Source: Terriglobia bacterium (GTDB taxonomy: Bacteria; Acidobacteriota; Terriglobia; JAJPHL01; JAPKYU01). From it: 64,000 nt of DNA. Below the pieces are notes generated by a model that saw only the letters and a list, made by a program, of their open reading frames with translations, was not told the origin of the DNA and did no database searches. Made by a program: the position numbers and the translations under genes. Below are positions 18,971 to 28,855 of the stretch, piece after piece. Position 1 is the first letter of the stretch; the number at the start of each line of letters is the position of its first letter. Where the stretch lies: the NCBI GenBank assembly GCA_965206645.1, contig CBDBKE010000003.1:320001-384000 (forward strand), written 5' to 3'.

Positions 18971-20533
18971 TCACTTGCGCGATCTGAAATCCGAAGTGCG
19001 CATGAGCTCATGTCGGCCCTTTTGCTTCCAGGCGCTCGTGCGCGGCCCCGAGTTCCGCTGCGAAGTATTCTCTTGCCCATTCCCCCGCCCATTTCCCCAA
19101 TTGTTGCGCCCGGCGGCATAGAGCGCGGCGCCGATCAGGGCGATGTCGGCGAGGTCCGCAGCCCTGCCTGGATCGGAGGTCGGCGCGGCCGCCTGCAGCC
19201 GGTCCAGCAGGCCAGTATCCAGCTCGCCTGCCAGAAACTCGCGATCTTCCAGCAAGCGCTTGAAGAACGGAATGGTGGTCTTGATGCCCGCGATGAAATA
19301 TTCGTCCAGGGCGCGGCGCATGCGCTGGATGGCTTCACCGCGGTCACGGCCCCAGGTGATGAGCTTGGCGATGAGCGGGTCGTACTCGACCGGCACCGTC
19401 CAGCCGGGGTAGACGCCACTATCTTCGCGAACACCCGGCCCGCCCGGAGCGACCAGCTCGGTGATCGTGCCGGGCGAAGGAAAGAACTGATTGTCGGGAT
19501 CTTCGGCGTAAATCCGGCATTCGAGCGCCGCGCCATGCCGTCCGGCCAGCACCTGTTCCTGGGTAAACGGGAGCGGCTCGCCGGCCGCGACCGCCAGTTG
19601 CAGCTTCACCAGGTCCAACCCGGTGACCATCTCGGTGACCGGGTGCTCCACCTGGAGCCGGGTGTTCATCTCAAGAAAATAAAAATTGCGATTGCGGTCC
19701 ACCAGGAATTCCACCGTGCCGGCGTTCCAGTAGTCGGCGGCACGCGCCGCCCGGACCGCCGCTTCCCCCATGCGCCTGCGCAGCGGCTTGTCCACGAGCG
19801 GGGAGGGGGACTCCTCCACCAGCTTCTGGTGGCGGCGCTGGATGGAGCACTCGCGCTCGCCCAAATAGACGAGGTTGCTGTGCAGGTCGCCCAGCACCTG
19901 AATTTCGATGTGGCGCGGCCGTTCCAGGTATTTCTCCAGGTACACTTCCGAGTCGTTGAAGGCGTTCAACGCTTCCGAGCGCGCATCGCGGAAGGCAGCG
20001 GGCAATTCGGCAGCGTCTTGAACCAGACGCATGCCCTTGCCGCCGCCGCCGCACGCAGCTTTCACCATCACCGGGTAGCCCAGCTCGGCAGCTACCGCCG
20101 CCGCCTGCTCGGTGGATTCCACGCTCGACTGGGTGCCGGGCACCACCGGGACCCCAGCGGCCTTCATCGCCTGGCGGGAGCGCGTCTTGGAGCCCATCAG
20201 CTCCATGGCCGCCGAGCTAGGGCCAACCAGCGCGATGTCGCTCGCTTCGCAAGCTCGCGCCAGCTCCGGATTCTCGGCCAGGAATCCGTAACCGGGATGG
20301 ACGGCCTCGGCGCCGGACCGCTTGGCTACCTCCAGGATGCGGTCAATTCGCAAATAGCTTTCCGAGGCCGGCGCCGGGCCGATGGGGTAGGCCTCGTCGG
20401 CGCGCAGCACGTGAAGCGACGTGCGGTCCACTTCCGAGTAGACGGCTACGGTTGCGATACCCATCTCCCGGCAGGCGCGGAGGATGCGCACCGCGATCTC
20501 GCCACGGTTGGCAATCAACACTTTCCGAAACAT
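18971..20533 (-). CDS. accC: Biotin carboxylase subunit of an acyl-CoA carboxylase
   Basis: MFRKVLIANRGEIA, HPGYGFLAEN, GGGGKGMR, ERECSIQRRHQK, EMNTRLQVEHPVTE. Confidence 0.92.
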   Translation of the reverse strand: MFRKVLIANRGEIAVRILRACREMGIATVAVYSEVDRTSLHVLRADEAYPIGPAPASESYLRIDRILEVAKRSGAEAVHPGYGFLAENPELARACEASDIALVGPSSAAMELMGSKTRSRQAMKAAGVPVVPGTQSSVESTEQAAAVAAELGYPVMVKAACGGGGKGMRLVQDAAELPAAFRDARSEALNAFNDSEVYLEKYLERPRHIEIQVLGDLHSNLVYLGERECSIQRRHQKLVEESPSPLVDKPLRRRMGEAAVRAARAADYWNAGTVEFLVDRNRNFYFLEMNTRLQVEHPVTEMVTGLDLVKLQLAVAAGEPLPFTQEQVLAGRHGAALECRIYAEDPDNQFFPSPGTITELVAPGGPGVREDSGVYPGWTVPVEYDPLIAKLITWGRDRGEAIQRMRRALDEYFIAGIKTTIPFFKRLLEDREFLAGELDTGLLDRLQAAAPTSDPGRAADLADIALIGAALYAAGRNNWGNGRGNGQENTSQRNSGPRTSAWKQKGRHELMRTSDFRSRK

Positions 20534-20775
20534 AGAGCGTTCTGCCATTTCACCACAAAGACACAAAGACCTCTCGCAGCGCTTCTTCTGGGTAAAACTC
20601 TGTAGCCCTAACCGGCCTTTTATGGATGCATGGAACGACAAGCCAGCAACCCGGAACCATATCATACCCGCTAATAGTCGATCGGAAGCGCCGGCGGCGC
20701 CCGGGTGTCTCCTACTTCGCATGCCAGGCGATCTTTGATACCTTAGGGGCTTACGCGCATTCAGACGAATCGGGC

Positions 20776-22716
20776 ATGGCGACGATCAAGGTTACTCTCC
20801 CCGACGGCAGTGGGCAGGATTGCGAGAAGGGCACTACTCCCCTTGAGGTAGCCCGCTCGCTGGGCCCACGGCTGGCCCAGGCCGCGCTGGTGGCCCAGGT
20901 CAACGGGAATCTGGTAGAGCTGAAGCGCCCGTTGGAGCAGGATACCCGGCTTCGAATCCTGACCGAGAAAGACCCAGAGGCGCTGGAAGTCTACCGCCAT
21001 TCGAGCGCCCACCTGCTGGCCGCCGCCGTGCTGGAATTGTTCCCGGAAACTAAACTGGGCATCGGCCCGCCCACCGACACCGGGTTCTTCTACGACTTCC
21101 AACGCTCCGAGCGCTTCACTGAGCAGGACCTGGAGCGGATCGAGAAGAAGATGCAGGAGCTGGTCGAGAAGGACCTCCCCTACGACCGGTTGCTATTCCC
21201 CAAGAAAGAGGGTCTGAAGAAATTCGTAGGGATGGGCGAGCAGATGAAGTGCGAGCTGATCAGCGAGAAGGCCGAAGATGTGTTTTCCTGCTACACGTTG
21301 GGGCCGAACTTCATTGATTTCTGCCGCGGGCCGCACATTCCCTCCACCGGCAAGATCAAGGCCTTCAAGCTGCTGTCCATTGCCGGCGCCTACTGGAAGG
21401 GCAACGAGCGCAATCCGCAGATGCAGCGCATCTATGGGACCAGCTTCTACACCCGCAAGGAGCTGGAAGAGTATCTGGCCAGGCTGGAGGAGGCCCGCCG
21501 ACGAGATCACCGCAAGCTGGGGCGTGAGTTGGACCTGTTCAGCGTTCAGGAGGCGGCTGGGCCGGGGCTGATCTTCTGGCATCCCAAAGGCAGCCTGGTG
21601 CGTAAGATCATGGAAGATTGGATGCGGGACGAGTACCTGAAGCGTGGCTACGATCTGGTGTACACGCCGCACGTGGCCCGGCTGGATCTGTGGAAGAGGA
21701 GCGGGCACACCAACTTCTACGCCCAGAACATGTTCGTTCCGATGGAGCTGGAAGACGCTGAGTACCAGCTCAAGCCGATGAACTGCCCCTTCCACATCCT
21801 CATCTACCAGGATCGCCTGCGCAGTTACCGCGAGTTGCCGATCCGGTTCGGTGAGCTGGGAACGGTCTACCGCTACGAGCGCAGCGGGGTGATGCACGGC
21901 CTGCTCCGCGCCCGCGGCTTCACCCAGGACGACGCGCACATCTTCTGCACGCCAGAGCAGATCAAAGACGAGGTGGTGGGTTGCCTGGATTTCGCGCTCC
22001 ACGTGTTCCACACCTACGGCTTCGAGCGTTATCAGGTGGAGCTGTCCACCTGGGATGACGGTGCCTCGGGCAAGTACGACGGCACGTCCGAGCAGTGGCG
22101 CCTGGCGGAAACCGCCTTGCGCCAGGCGCTGGAGGAGCGTGGCATCCCCGTCCAGATCATGCACGACGAGGCTGCCTTTTACGGCCCCAAGATTGACCTC
22201 AAGCTGCTGGACGCGCTGGGCCGGCCGTGGCAGCTCAGCACCATCCAGTTTGACTTTACGCTGCCCCGCCGCTTCGGGCTCGAGTACATCGCTGAGGATG
22301 GCAAGCCGCACCAGCCGCTGATGGTCCACCGTGCCCTGTACGGGGCAGTGGAGCGCTTTTTCGGCGTGCTGCTGGAACACTACGCCGGCGCCTTCCCGCT
22401 GTGGCTGGCCCCGTTGCAGGCCGTGGTGCTGCCCATCAGTGACCGGCACCACGACTACGGCCGGCGGGTGGCGGCCCGCCTGAAGGAGGCCGGGCTGCGC
22501 GCCCGTCCCGATGAGCGGAACGAGAAGGTAACCTTCAAGATTCGGGAAGCGCAACTGCAGAAGGTCCCTTACATGCTGGTGGTGGGCGACCGCGAGGTCC
22601 GCGAGGGCAGTGTCAGCGTCCGCAACCGGCGGCACGGCGACCTGGGCAGCCGCAGCCTGGAGCAGTTCATCACCGAGACGCAGGAGCTGGTCGAGCGCAA
22701 GGTCCCCGCAGAATGA
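20776..22716 (+). CDS. thrS: Threonine--tRNA ligase
   Basis: TGS domain, HSSAH, DFCRGPH, RDHRKLG, KPMNCP, FTQDDAH, FYGPKID. Confidence 0.98.
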   Translation: MATIKVTLPDGSGQDCEKGTTPLEVARSLGPRLAQAALVAQVNGNLVELKRPLEQDTRLRILTEKDPEALEVYRHSSAHLLAAAVLELFPETKLGIGPPTDTGFFYDFQRSERFTEQDLERIEKKMQELVEKDLPYDRLLFPKKEGLKKFVGMGEQMKCELISEKAEDVFSCYTLGPNFIDFCRGPHIPSTGKIKAFKLLSIAGAYWKGNERNPQMQRIYGTSFYTRKELEEYLARLEEARRRDHRKLGRELDLFSVQEAAGPGLIFWHPKGSLVRKIMEDWMRDEYLKRGYDLVYTPHVARLDLWKRSGHTNFYAQNMFVPMELEDAEYQLKPMNCPFHILIYQDRLRSYRELPIRFGELGTVYRYERSGVMHGLLRARGFTQDDAHIFCTPEQIKDEVVGCLDFALHVFHTYGFERYQVELSTWDDGASGKYDGTSEQWRLAETALRQALEERGIPVQIMHDEAAFYGPKIDLKLLDALGRPWQLSTIQFDFTLPRRFGLEYIAEDGKPHQPLMVHRALYGAVERFFGVLLEHYAGAFPLWLAPLQAVVLPISDRHHDYGRRVAARLKEAGLRARPDERNEKVTFKIREAQLQKVPYMLVVGDREVREGSVSVRNRRHGDLGSRSLEQFITETQELVERKVPAE

Positions 22717-22797
22717 AAACGCCCGCCGGATGAAAACACCGGTAAAAACACAGAAGAAAACAACTGTTTGCCCGCCCCGCCCAGCGAAGTCGCGCTG

Positions 22798-22806
22798 TGC
22801 TATACT
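22798..22806 (+). promoter_or_regulatory. Extended -10 promoter element upstream of infC
   Basis: TGcTATACT. Confidence 0.5.
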
Positions 22807-22888
22807 CGGGGCTCCCTTGGGGACGGCCGCGGCATGCCCGGCCGGTGCAGTAATCCCTGTTCCCACGGTTTAGCAGAGGAGGATTCTT

Positions 22889-23449
22889 ATCGCCCAACAT
22901 TCGAACCGTATCAACGAGCGAATCCGTGCCCGTGAGGTGCGCGTCATTTCCGATTCCGGGGAGCAACTAGGCATCATGCCTCCCATCGAGGCAATCAAGA
23001 TTGCTCGCCAGCAGCGCCTGGATCTGGTAGAGATTTCGGCCACAGCGCAGCCGCCCGTGTGCAAGATCATGGACCACGGCAAGTTCCTCTACCAGGAGAG
23101 CAAGCGCCAGCACGAGGCTCGCAAGCGCCAGCATCATGTGGTGGTCAAGGAAGTCAAGTTCCGCCCCAACGTGGATGAGCACGATTACCAGTTCAAGAAG
23201 AATCATGTCGCGCGCTTTCTCACGGAAGGGGACAAGGTCAAGGTGGTCATCGTGTTTCGCGGCCGCGAGATCACCCACTCCAACATCGGACGGCAGGTGT
23301 TGGAGCGCTTGATTCAGGACATCTCGGGCCTGGGCATGGTCGAGAGTCGTGGGCGCATGGAAGGGCATACCATCATCGCGATTCTGGCCCCGAAAAAGCA
23401 GGCGCAGCAGTCCCGACCGCAATCCTCCGCGTCTGCCGGGCCAGGTTAA
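22889..23449 (+). CDS. infC: Translation initiation factor IF-3, non-canonical ATC start
   Basis: AGGAGG at 22877-22882, then ATC GCC CAA CAT TCG AAC CGT ATC AAC GAG (RINERIRAREVRVI); PPVCKIMD, KEVKFRP, FRGRE. Confidence 0.95.
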   Translation: MAQHSNRINERIRAREVRVISDSGEQLGIMPPIEAIKIARQQRLDLVEISATAQPPVCKIMDHGKFLYQESKRQHEARKRQHHVVVKEVKFRPNVDEHDYQFKKNHVARFLTEGDKVKVVIVFRGREITHSNIGRQVLERLIQDISGLGMVESRGRMEGHTIIAILAPKKQAQQSRPQSSASAGPG

Positions 23450-23574
23450 GAGTTAACAGGTTAAGAGTTAAACAGTTTGAGTGAAGAGTTATGAGTGAAG
23501 GCGGGCTCGGCACGCCATCGGGTTTCACTCATTGTTCATTGAACTCATCACCCTAACCGATTTGAGGTGTGTAG

Positions 23575-23769
23575 GTGCCGAAACTGAAATCGCATCGGGG
23601 CGCTCGTAAGCGCTTCAAGAAGACTGCAACCGGCAAGGTGATGCGGCGTCACGCCTTTGCGCGTCATATCTTGAGCAAGAAATCGCGCAAGCGGAAGCGC
23701 AAGCTGGGAACGGCAGTGGTGGTCGAGGGAGCTGAGGCCAAACGCGTGACGCGCATGCTTGGGCAGTAG
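23575..23769 (+). CDS. rpmI: 50S ribosomal protein L35
   Basis: [21 protein letters not shown]; synteny. Confidence 0.97.
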   Translation: MPKLKSHRGARKRFKKTATGKVMRRHAFARHILSKKSRKRKRKLGTAVVVEGAEAKRVTRMLGQ

Positions 23770-23790
23770 ACAGCCAAAAGGAGCAACCCA

Positions 23791-24348
23791 GTGCCCAGAG
23801 TCAAACGAGGAAGCAAGCGCCGGCAGAGGCGCAAGAAGATCCTCGAGCGGGCCTCCGGATATTTCCTCACGAAGTCCAAACTCTTCAGGGCGGCCCGGCT
23901 GCAGGTGGAAAAGGGACTGCGGTATGCGTACCGGGACCGGCGCCAGCGGAAGAGGCAGTTCCGCGCCTTGTGGATCGTCCGCATTGGAGCCGCTGCCCGC
24001 CAGCACCAGCTTACGTACAACCAGTTCATCCACGGCCTGAAGCTGGCCGAGGTGGAACTGGATCGCAAGATTCTGGCCGACCTAGCAGTTCGGGATGCTC
24101 CCGGCTTTGCCACGCTTGCCGAGCAAGCCCGCACTGCTCTGGCAGCACCGCGAAAAGCAACGCCGACTGGCGAAGCCGTGGCAGCCGAGCAAAAACCCGC
24201 GCCGGCTGGCCAAGCTCCGGCAGCCAAGCGAAAACCCACGCCGGCTGGCCAAGCTCCGGCAGCCAAGCTGAAAGCCTCGTCGGTTGGCGAAGTTCCGGCG
24301 GCCAAGCGAAAACCCGCGCCGCCTCGCAAACGCAGCACCGGGAATTAG
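23791..24348 (+). CDS. rplT: 50S ribosomal protein L20 with a K/A/P-rich repeat tail
   Basis: [37 protein letters not shown]. Confidence 0.97.
   Translation: MPRVKRGSKRRQRRKKILERASGYFLTKSKLFRAARLQVEKGLRYAYRDRRQRKRQFRALWIVRIGAAARQHQLTYNQFIHGLKLAEVELDRKILADLAVRDAPGFATLAEQARTALAAPRKATPTGEAVAAEQKPAPAGQAPAAKRKPTPAGQAPAAKLKASSVGEVPAAKRKPAPPRKRSTGN
24151..24321 (+). repeat. 39-bp tandem repeat, about 4.4 copies, in the rplT tail
   Basis: Units start at 24151, 24190, 24229, 24268 and 24307 and encode [13 protein letters not shown]-like 13-mers. Confidence 0.9.
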
Positions 24349-24367
24349 CCGGGCATGCCGGCTTTTC
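24347..24367 (+). terminator. Possible intrinsic terminator after rplT
   Basis: agccgg-gcatg-ccggct hairpin with a short T-run. Confidence 0.45.
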
Positions 24368-24402
24368 CCGCGCGTCAGCTCGGCAAGGGCAAACAGCAAA
24401 TT

Positions 24403-24490
24403 CCTGGTCCAATTTACCATGCCGCCCGGTCGGATCTTCCATGCCCCCTGGTCTGGTTTTCTATGCCACCTGGTCTGATTTTCTATGACA
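24403..24490 (+). repeat. Four degenerate 22-bp tandem repeats ending in the pheS start codon
   Basis: cctggtccaatttaccATGccg / cccggtcggatcttccATGccc / cctggtctggttttctATGcca / cctggtctgattttctATGaca. Confidence 0.85.
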
Positions 24491-25576
24491 ATTGAGGAGC
24501 AAGTTCGCCGCAAATTGGAAGAGCTAGAGGTGCGCGAGGAAGCCGAAGTCGCTCGGCTCTTCCAGAAGTTGCGCGAGCAGATGGACCCCGAACTGCGCGA
24601 CCTCGCCGCCTCGGACGATGGTGAGCAGTTTCGCGTGCGCTGGCTGGGACGCAAACGGGGCATTCTGACTGCGGCCAACGACAACTGGCTTAAGCCGGTG
24701 GTCCCGAAGCTGAAGCGCTCCGTCGGCCGGCTGCTCAACGAGCTGAAGCAGCACGCTGGGGAGGCGCTGGAAACCCGCCGCCGGGAACTGGAAGCCGCGC
24801 AGGAGGCGGCGCTCGTGGCCGCCCAGCGCCTGGACGTCACCCTGCCGGGCGTGCGCCGCACGCCTGGCGCCCGGCATCCTGTCCAGACTGCGCTGGAGGA
24901 AATCCAGGAGATTTTCCTCTCCATGGGTTACTCGGTGGAAGTGGGGCCGGAGATCGAGACCGACTACTACAACTTCGAGGCTCTGAACATCCCGCGGGAT
25001 CATCCGGCCCGCGATGCGCAGGACACGCTCTACGTCGCCGGGGACTACCTGCTGCGCACCCACACCTCCCCCGTGCAGATTCGCACCATGGAGCGCCAGC
25101 AGCCCCCGCTGCGGGTGATCGTGCCGGGCAAGGTCTATCGCCGCGATACTCCCGACGCCACCCACTCGTTCATGTTTCATCAGCTGGAAGGGCTGGCCGT
25201 GGATACCCACATCACCTTTTGCGACCTGAAAGGGACGCTCGACCACTTCTTGAAGTGCTATTTCGGCGAGCACGTGCGGACTCGCTTCCGCCCCAGCTTC
25301 TTCCCCTTCACCGAGCCCAGCGCCGAGGTGGACATCTCCTGCATTGGCTGCGACGGCCGCGGCTGCCGTCTCTGCAAGCACTCGGGCTGGATTGAGCTGC
25401 TCGGCTGCGGCATGGTGGACCCGACGCTGTATTCCTTCGTCCACTACGACGCCGAGAAATATTCCGGCTTTGCCTTTGGTATGGGAGTCGAACGGTGTGC
25501 CATGCTCCGCTATGGCATTGATGACCTGCAACTGTTCTTCCAAGGGGACTTGCGGTTCTTACGCCAGTTCCGCTGA
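24485..25576 (+). CDS. pheS: Phenylalanine--tRNA ligase alpha subunit
   Basis: HPARDAQDT, LRTHTSPVQ, FHQLEG, FPFTEPSAE, GFAFGMGVER. Confidence 0.98.
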   Translation: MTIEEQVRRKLEELEVREEAEVARLFQKLREQMDPELRDLAASDDGEQFRVRWLGRKRGILTAANDNWLKPVVPKLKRSVGRLLNELKQHAGEALETRRRELEAAQEAALVAAQRLDVTLPGVRRTPGARHPVQTALEEIQEIFLSMGYSVEVGPEIETDYYNFEALNIPRDHPARDAQDTLYVAGDYLLRTHTSPVQIRTMERQQPPLRVIVPGKVYRRDTPDATHSFMFHQLEGLAVDTHITFCDLKGTLDHFLKCYFGEHVRTRFRPSFFPFTEPSAEVDISCIGCDGRGCRLCKHSGWIELLGCGMVDPTLYSFVHYDAEKYSGFAFGMGVERCAMLRYGIDDLQLFFQGDLRFLRQFR

Positions 25577-26099
25577 AGACAACGATACAGGCCACTTTGC
25601 GCGGAAGAGGATGGCGACGTCATCGCCCGCCACATTGGGGATTTCTTGGACACCCTAATTAATCTCCAGCACATGGACGTTTCTTTTTGGACGCTGGTCT
25701 GTTTTGCGATCGCAATGACTTATCTCTTCTTCGCCGTTCGCGCAAATTCTAAAGAAGAGCGCCCAGGACTGGATTTCGGCGGATCGAGTACAACAACAGG
25801 AGTGGGAATTGGATAGCGAACCCGCTTTCTCAACAACTATAATTCAACAATCGTGACCACTAACGTTCGACGCGCGAAATCCGCGCCATGAGGTGGTTCA
25901 TTTCAGCCTCACATTTGTCGTTCTGGGAATTGACCCCCATCGCCGGCAAGAGTGCGCTGGGCCGGTGGAGCGCAGAGAAGAGCTCAAAGAGGAGATGTAT
26001 TGCGGGTCAACAGGTGACGAAGTCCTGAGGGATTGAGCCGATGGTCGATCGGGCGCTCTGAAAACGCAATTGGGGATTCAGATTTTGGACTGATGATTC

Positions 26100-28163
26100 A
26101 TGCTTCTGGTTTCCAATTGGCTCCGCGAGTTTGTAGAGATTCCCGTCGAGGACCGGCAGTTGGCCGAGGACTTGACGATGGCCGGCATCGCCATTGATTC
26201 CCTCGGCAGCGCGGACAACGGGGAGAAGGTGCTGGAGGCCGACATCACCACCAACCGCCCCGATGCCATGAATCACTACGGGATGGCGCGGGAAGCCTCG
26301 GCCATTTACGATCGCGACCTGAAGCCCTATCAGGCCGCGCCCGAGGAGGGCGAGCGAGCTGCCGCCTCGTTCGCTTCGGTGGAGATCGCCGACGCCGACC
26401 TGTGCGCGCGCTATTCGGCGCGGGTGATCCTGGGCGTGAAAGCAGGCCCGTCGCCGGAATGGTTGGTGCGGCGGCTGGAAGCGGCCGGGTTGCGCCCAAT
26501 CAATAACGTCACCGACGTCACCAACTACCTACTGCTGGAGCTGGGGCATCCGCTTCACGCCTTTGATTTGGACCGGCTGGCCGGGCGAAAGATTGTCGTG
26601 CGGCGAGCGCGGGCGGGCGAAACCCTGATCACGCTGGACGAAGTGCCGCGCGACCTGGCGCCTCACAACCTGGTGATTGCCGACGCCGAGCGTCCGGTGG
26701 CAATTGCGGGGGTCATGGGCGGGCAACAGAGCAGCATCCACGAGGGGACCAGCAATGTACTGCTGGAGAGCGCCTGGTTTGAGCCGCGTTCGATCCGCAA
26801 GACAGCCAGACAGTTTGGGCTGCATACCGAAGCCAGCCACCGCTTTGAGCGTGGCGCCGACCCGGCCATTCCCGGCCTGGCCGCCGACCGCGCCGCCGAG
26901 TTGATCTCGGCCGTGGCGGGTGGGGAAATCCTGCGCGGCCTGCTCAACGTCTACCCGGCGCGGCAACCACGCTCCCCAATCACTCTGCGCCGGCGCGAAC
27001 TGGACCGCATCCTGGGCGAAGCGGTCCCTTCCGAACAGGTGGAGCGCATCCTGCGCCGTCTCGGCTTCCAAGTGGCGCCAGCCGACGGCACCGAGGGGTG
27101 GACGGCGCTGCCGCCCAGTTTCCGGCTGGACGTGGAGCGCGAAACTGACCTAATCGAAGAAGTGGCGCGCCACTTCGGCTACCAGCGCTTCCCCAGCCGC
27201 CTGCCAGCCTGGACCGGAGTGGCTCACCGCGCTCCCCGCTGGGGCGCGGAATGCGCCGTGCGGGAAACAGCGCTGGCACTAGGCTATAGCGAAACCATCT
27301 CGTTCAGCCTGATCGCGCCGCGCGAGGCCCAGCAATTCTCCAGAGAGCAGCCGGTGCACTTGGCGAATCCGCTCAGCGAAGAAGCCAGCGTGCTGCGCAC
27401 CTCCGGTGTCCCCGGAGCCCTGAGTGCCGTGGAATGGAACCTGAACCGCGGCCAGCGGCGGATCCGGTTATTCGAGATCGGCAAGATTTACCGGGAAGCC
27501 GACGGGGGCTACCAGGAGCCGCCCGTGCTGTGCCTGGCTGCATCTGGGCAGGGGGTCGAGGCCTCGGTCCAGGCGCAGGGGCGAGAGCTGGGCTTCTACG
27601 ACCTGAAAGGGGACGTCGGAACTTTGCTGGAGCGGTTTGAGCACCGCCGGCTTTCTTTTGATTCCGGCGTGGGCGTGGACTACTATCATCCGGGGCGCGC
27701 AGCGCAGGCGGTCATGGACGGCGAAGCTGTAGCGCGCTTCGGCGAAATCCACCCGCAAATCGCCGTTGCCCGCAAATGGCGGCAGCCGGTGCTGGTAGCG
27801 GAACTGTTCTTGGACCGTCTCTGGGGACATCCGTTGCGCCGGCCGCGCTACGAAGCCTTGCCCCGAGTGCCGTCAGTGGCTCGGGACTTTTCCTTGCTGC
27901 TTCCCGAGGGCGTTACATTCGAGCAAGTGGCGCAGGCGGTGCGAAGGCCGGGCATCCCGGAGCTGGCCGAGATTCGGCCGGTGGAGATCTTCCGCGGCGA
28001 GGCGGTGCCGGAAGGCAAGTACAGCCTGCTCTTGCGGCTGGTCTTCCAGCGCCCCGAGCAAACGCTGTCGGATTCTGAGGTCAACCAGTGGAGCCGGGCG
28101 ATTGGCACCGCCCTGGAACAAGAATTGGGCGCCACCCTGCGGACCGAGCAACTGAAAACCTAA
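26100..28163 (+). CDS. pheT: Phenylalanine--tRNA ligase beta subunit (short form without the B2 OB-fold)
   Basis: ITTNRPD, NNVTDVTNY, PLHAFD, LESAWF, SHRFERG, DLIEEVAR, C-terminal FDX-ACB domain. Confidence 0.96.
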   Translation: MLLVSNWLREFVEIPVEDRQLAEDLTMAGIAIDSLGSADNGEKVLEADITTNRPDAMNHYGMAREASAIYDRDLKPYQAAPEEGERAAASFASVEIADADLCARYSARVILGVKAGPSPEWLVRRLEAAGLRPINNVTDVTNYLLLELGHPLHAFDLDRLAGRKIVVRRARAGETLITLDEVPRDLAPHNLVIADAERPVAIAGVMGGQQSSIHEGTSNVLLESAWFEPRSIRKTARQFGLHTEASHRFERGADPAIPGLAADRAAELISAVAGGEILRGLLNVYPARQPRSPITLRRRELDRILGEAVPSEQVERILRRLGFQVAPADGTEGWTALPPSFRLDVERETDLIEEVARHFGYQRFPSRLPAWTGVAHRAPRWGAECAVRETALALGYSETISFSLIAPREAQQFSREQPVHLANPLSEEASVLRTSGVPGALSAVEWNLNRGQRRIRLFEIGKIYREADGGYQEPPVLCLAASGQGVEASVQAQGRELGFYDLKGDVGTLLERFEHRRLSFDSGVGVDYYHPGRAAQAVMDGEAVARFGEIHPQIAVARKWRQPVLVAELFLDRLWGHPLRRPRYEALPRVPSVARDFSLLLPEGVTFEQVAQAVRRPGIPELAEIRPVEIFRGEAVPEGKYSLLLRLVFQRPEQTLSDSEVNQWSRAIGTALEQELGATLRTEQLKT

Positions 28164-28179
28164 ACCGGACAGACGAGAA

Positions 28180-28470
28180 ATGGCCCAACCAACCCCTGGC
28201 GGCGAGCGGCAGACTCTGGAGCAGCTCCAGGAACTCGAGGAACGGATCGTCGATACCATCCGGCTGCTGACCCAGATGCGGCAGGCGCGCCAGGCGGCGG
28301 AAACCACGGCGGCCCAGGTACGCGCCGAGCTGGCTGGGCGTGACGCGGAAGTTGCCGCCCTGCGCCGGCAACTGGCGGAAGCCCACAAGGAGCGCGAGGA
28401 GGTCCGCCGGCGAGTAGAAAAATTGCTGCGGCAGATAGACTCCTTGACCAAGGAGCTAACTGACGGATAA
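28180..28470 (+). CDS. Coiled-coil ZapB-like cell division protein
   Basis: Entirely helical coiled coil ending VRRRVEKLLRQIDSL; lies between pheT and zapA. Confidence 0.7.
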   Translation: MAQPTPGGERQTLEQLQELEERIVDTIRLLTQMRQARQAAETTAAQVRAELAGRDAEVAALRRQLAEAHKEREEVRRRVEKLLRQIDSLTKELTDG

Positions 28471-28549
28471 TAGCGCGACCTGCTTTCAGCCGCCTGCCTT
28501 TAACAGGCTGAGCAGGGGAGGCAAACCACGCAGCAGAGAAAGCGAATCC

Positions 28550-28855
28550 GTGGCTGAAACTTCTGGAATTCGCGTTGTCATCTACGACCAGGTTTACCAC
28601 ATTCGTCCGAGCGGCGACTCTGCCCCGGAACAGGTGGAATGGCTGGCCCGGTACGTGGACACCCGCATGCGGACGATCGCCGGAAAAACTCGGGACGTGG
28701 ACTCGCTTCGGGTGGCCGTGCTCACCGCGCTTCACATTGCCGATGAGTATCACTCCGTGAAAAGCAACCATGAAGCGCTGCTGGAGGCGGTGAGCGAGAA
28801 AAGCGCCGAGTTCAGCCGCTTGCTGGACACCGAACTCCGCAAAACCGCCGTCTGA
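28550..28855 (+). CDS. zapA: Cell division protein ZapA
   Basis: VVIYDQVY, LARYVDTRM, RVAVLTALHIADE. Confidence 0.92.
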   Translation: MAETSGIRVVIYDQVYHIRPSGDSAPEQVEWLARYVDTRMRTIAGKTRDVDSLRVAVLTALHIADEYHSVKSNHEALLEAVSEKSAEFSRLLDTELRKTAV

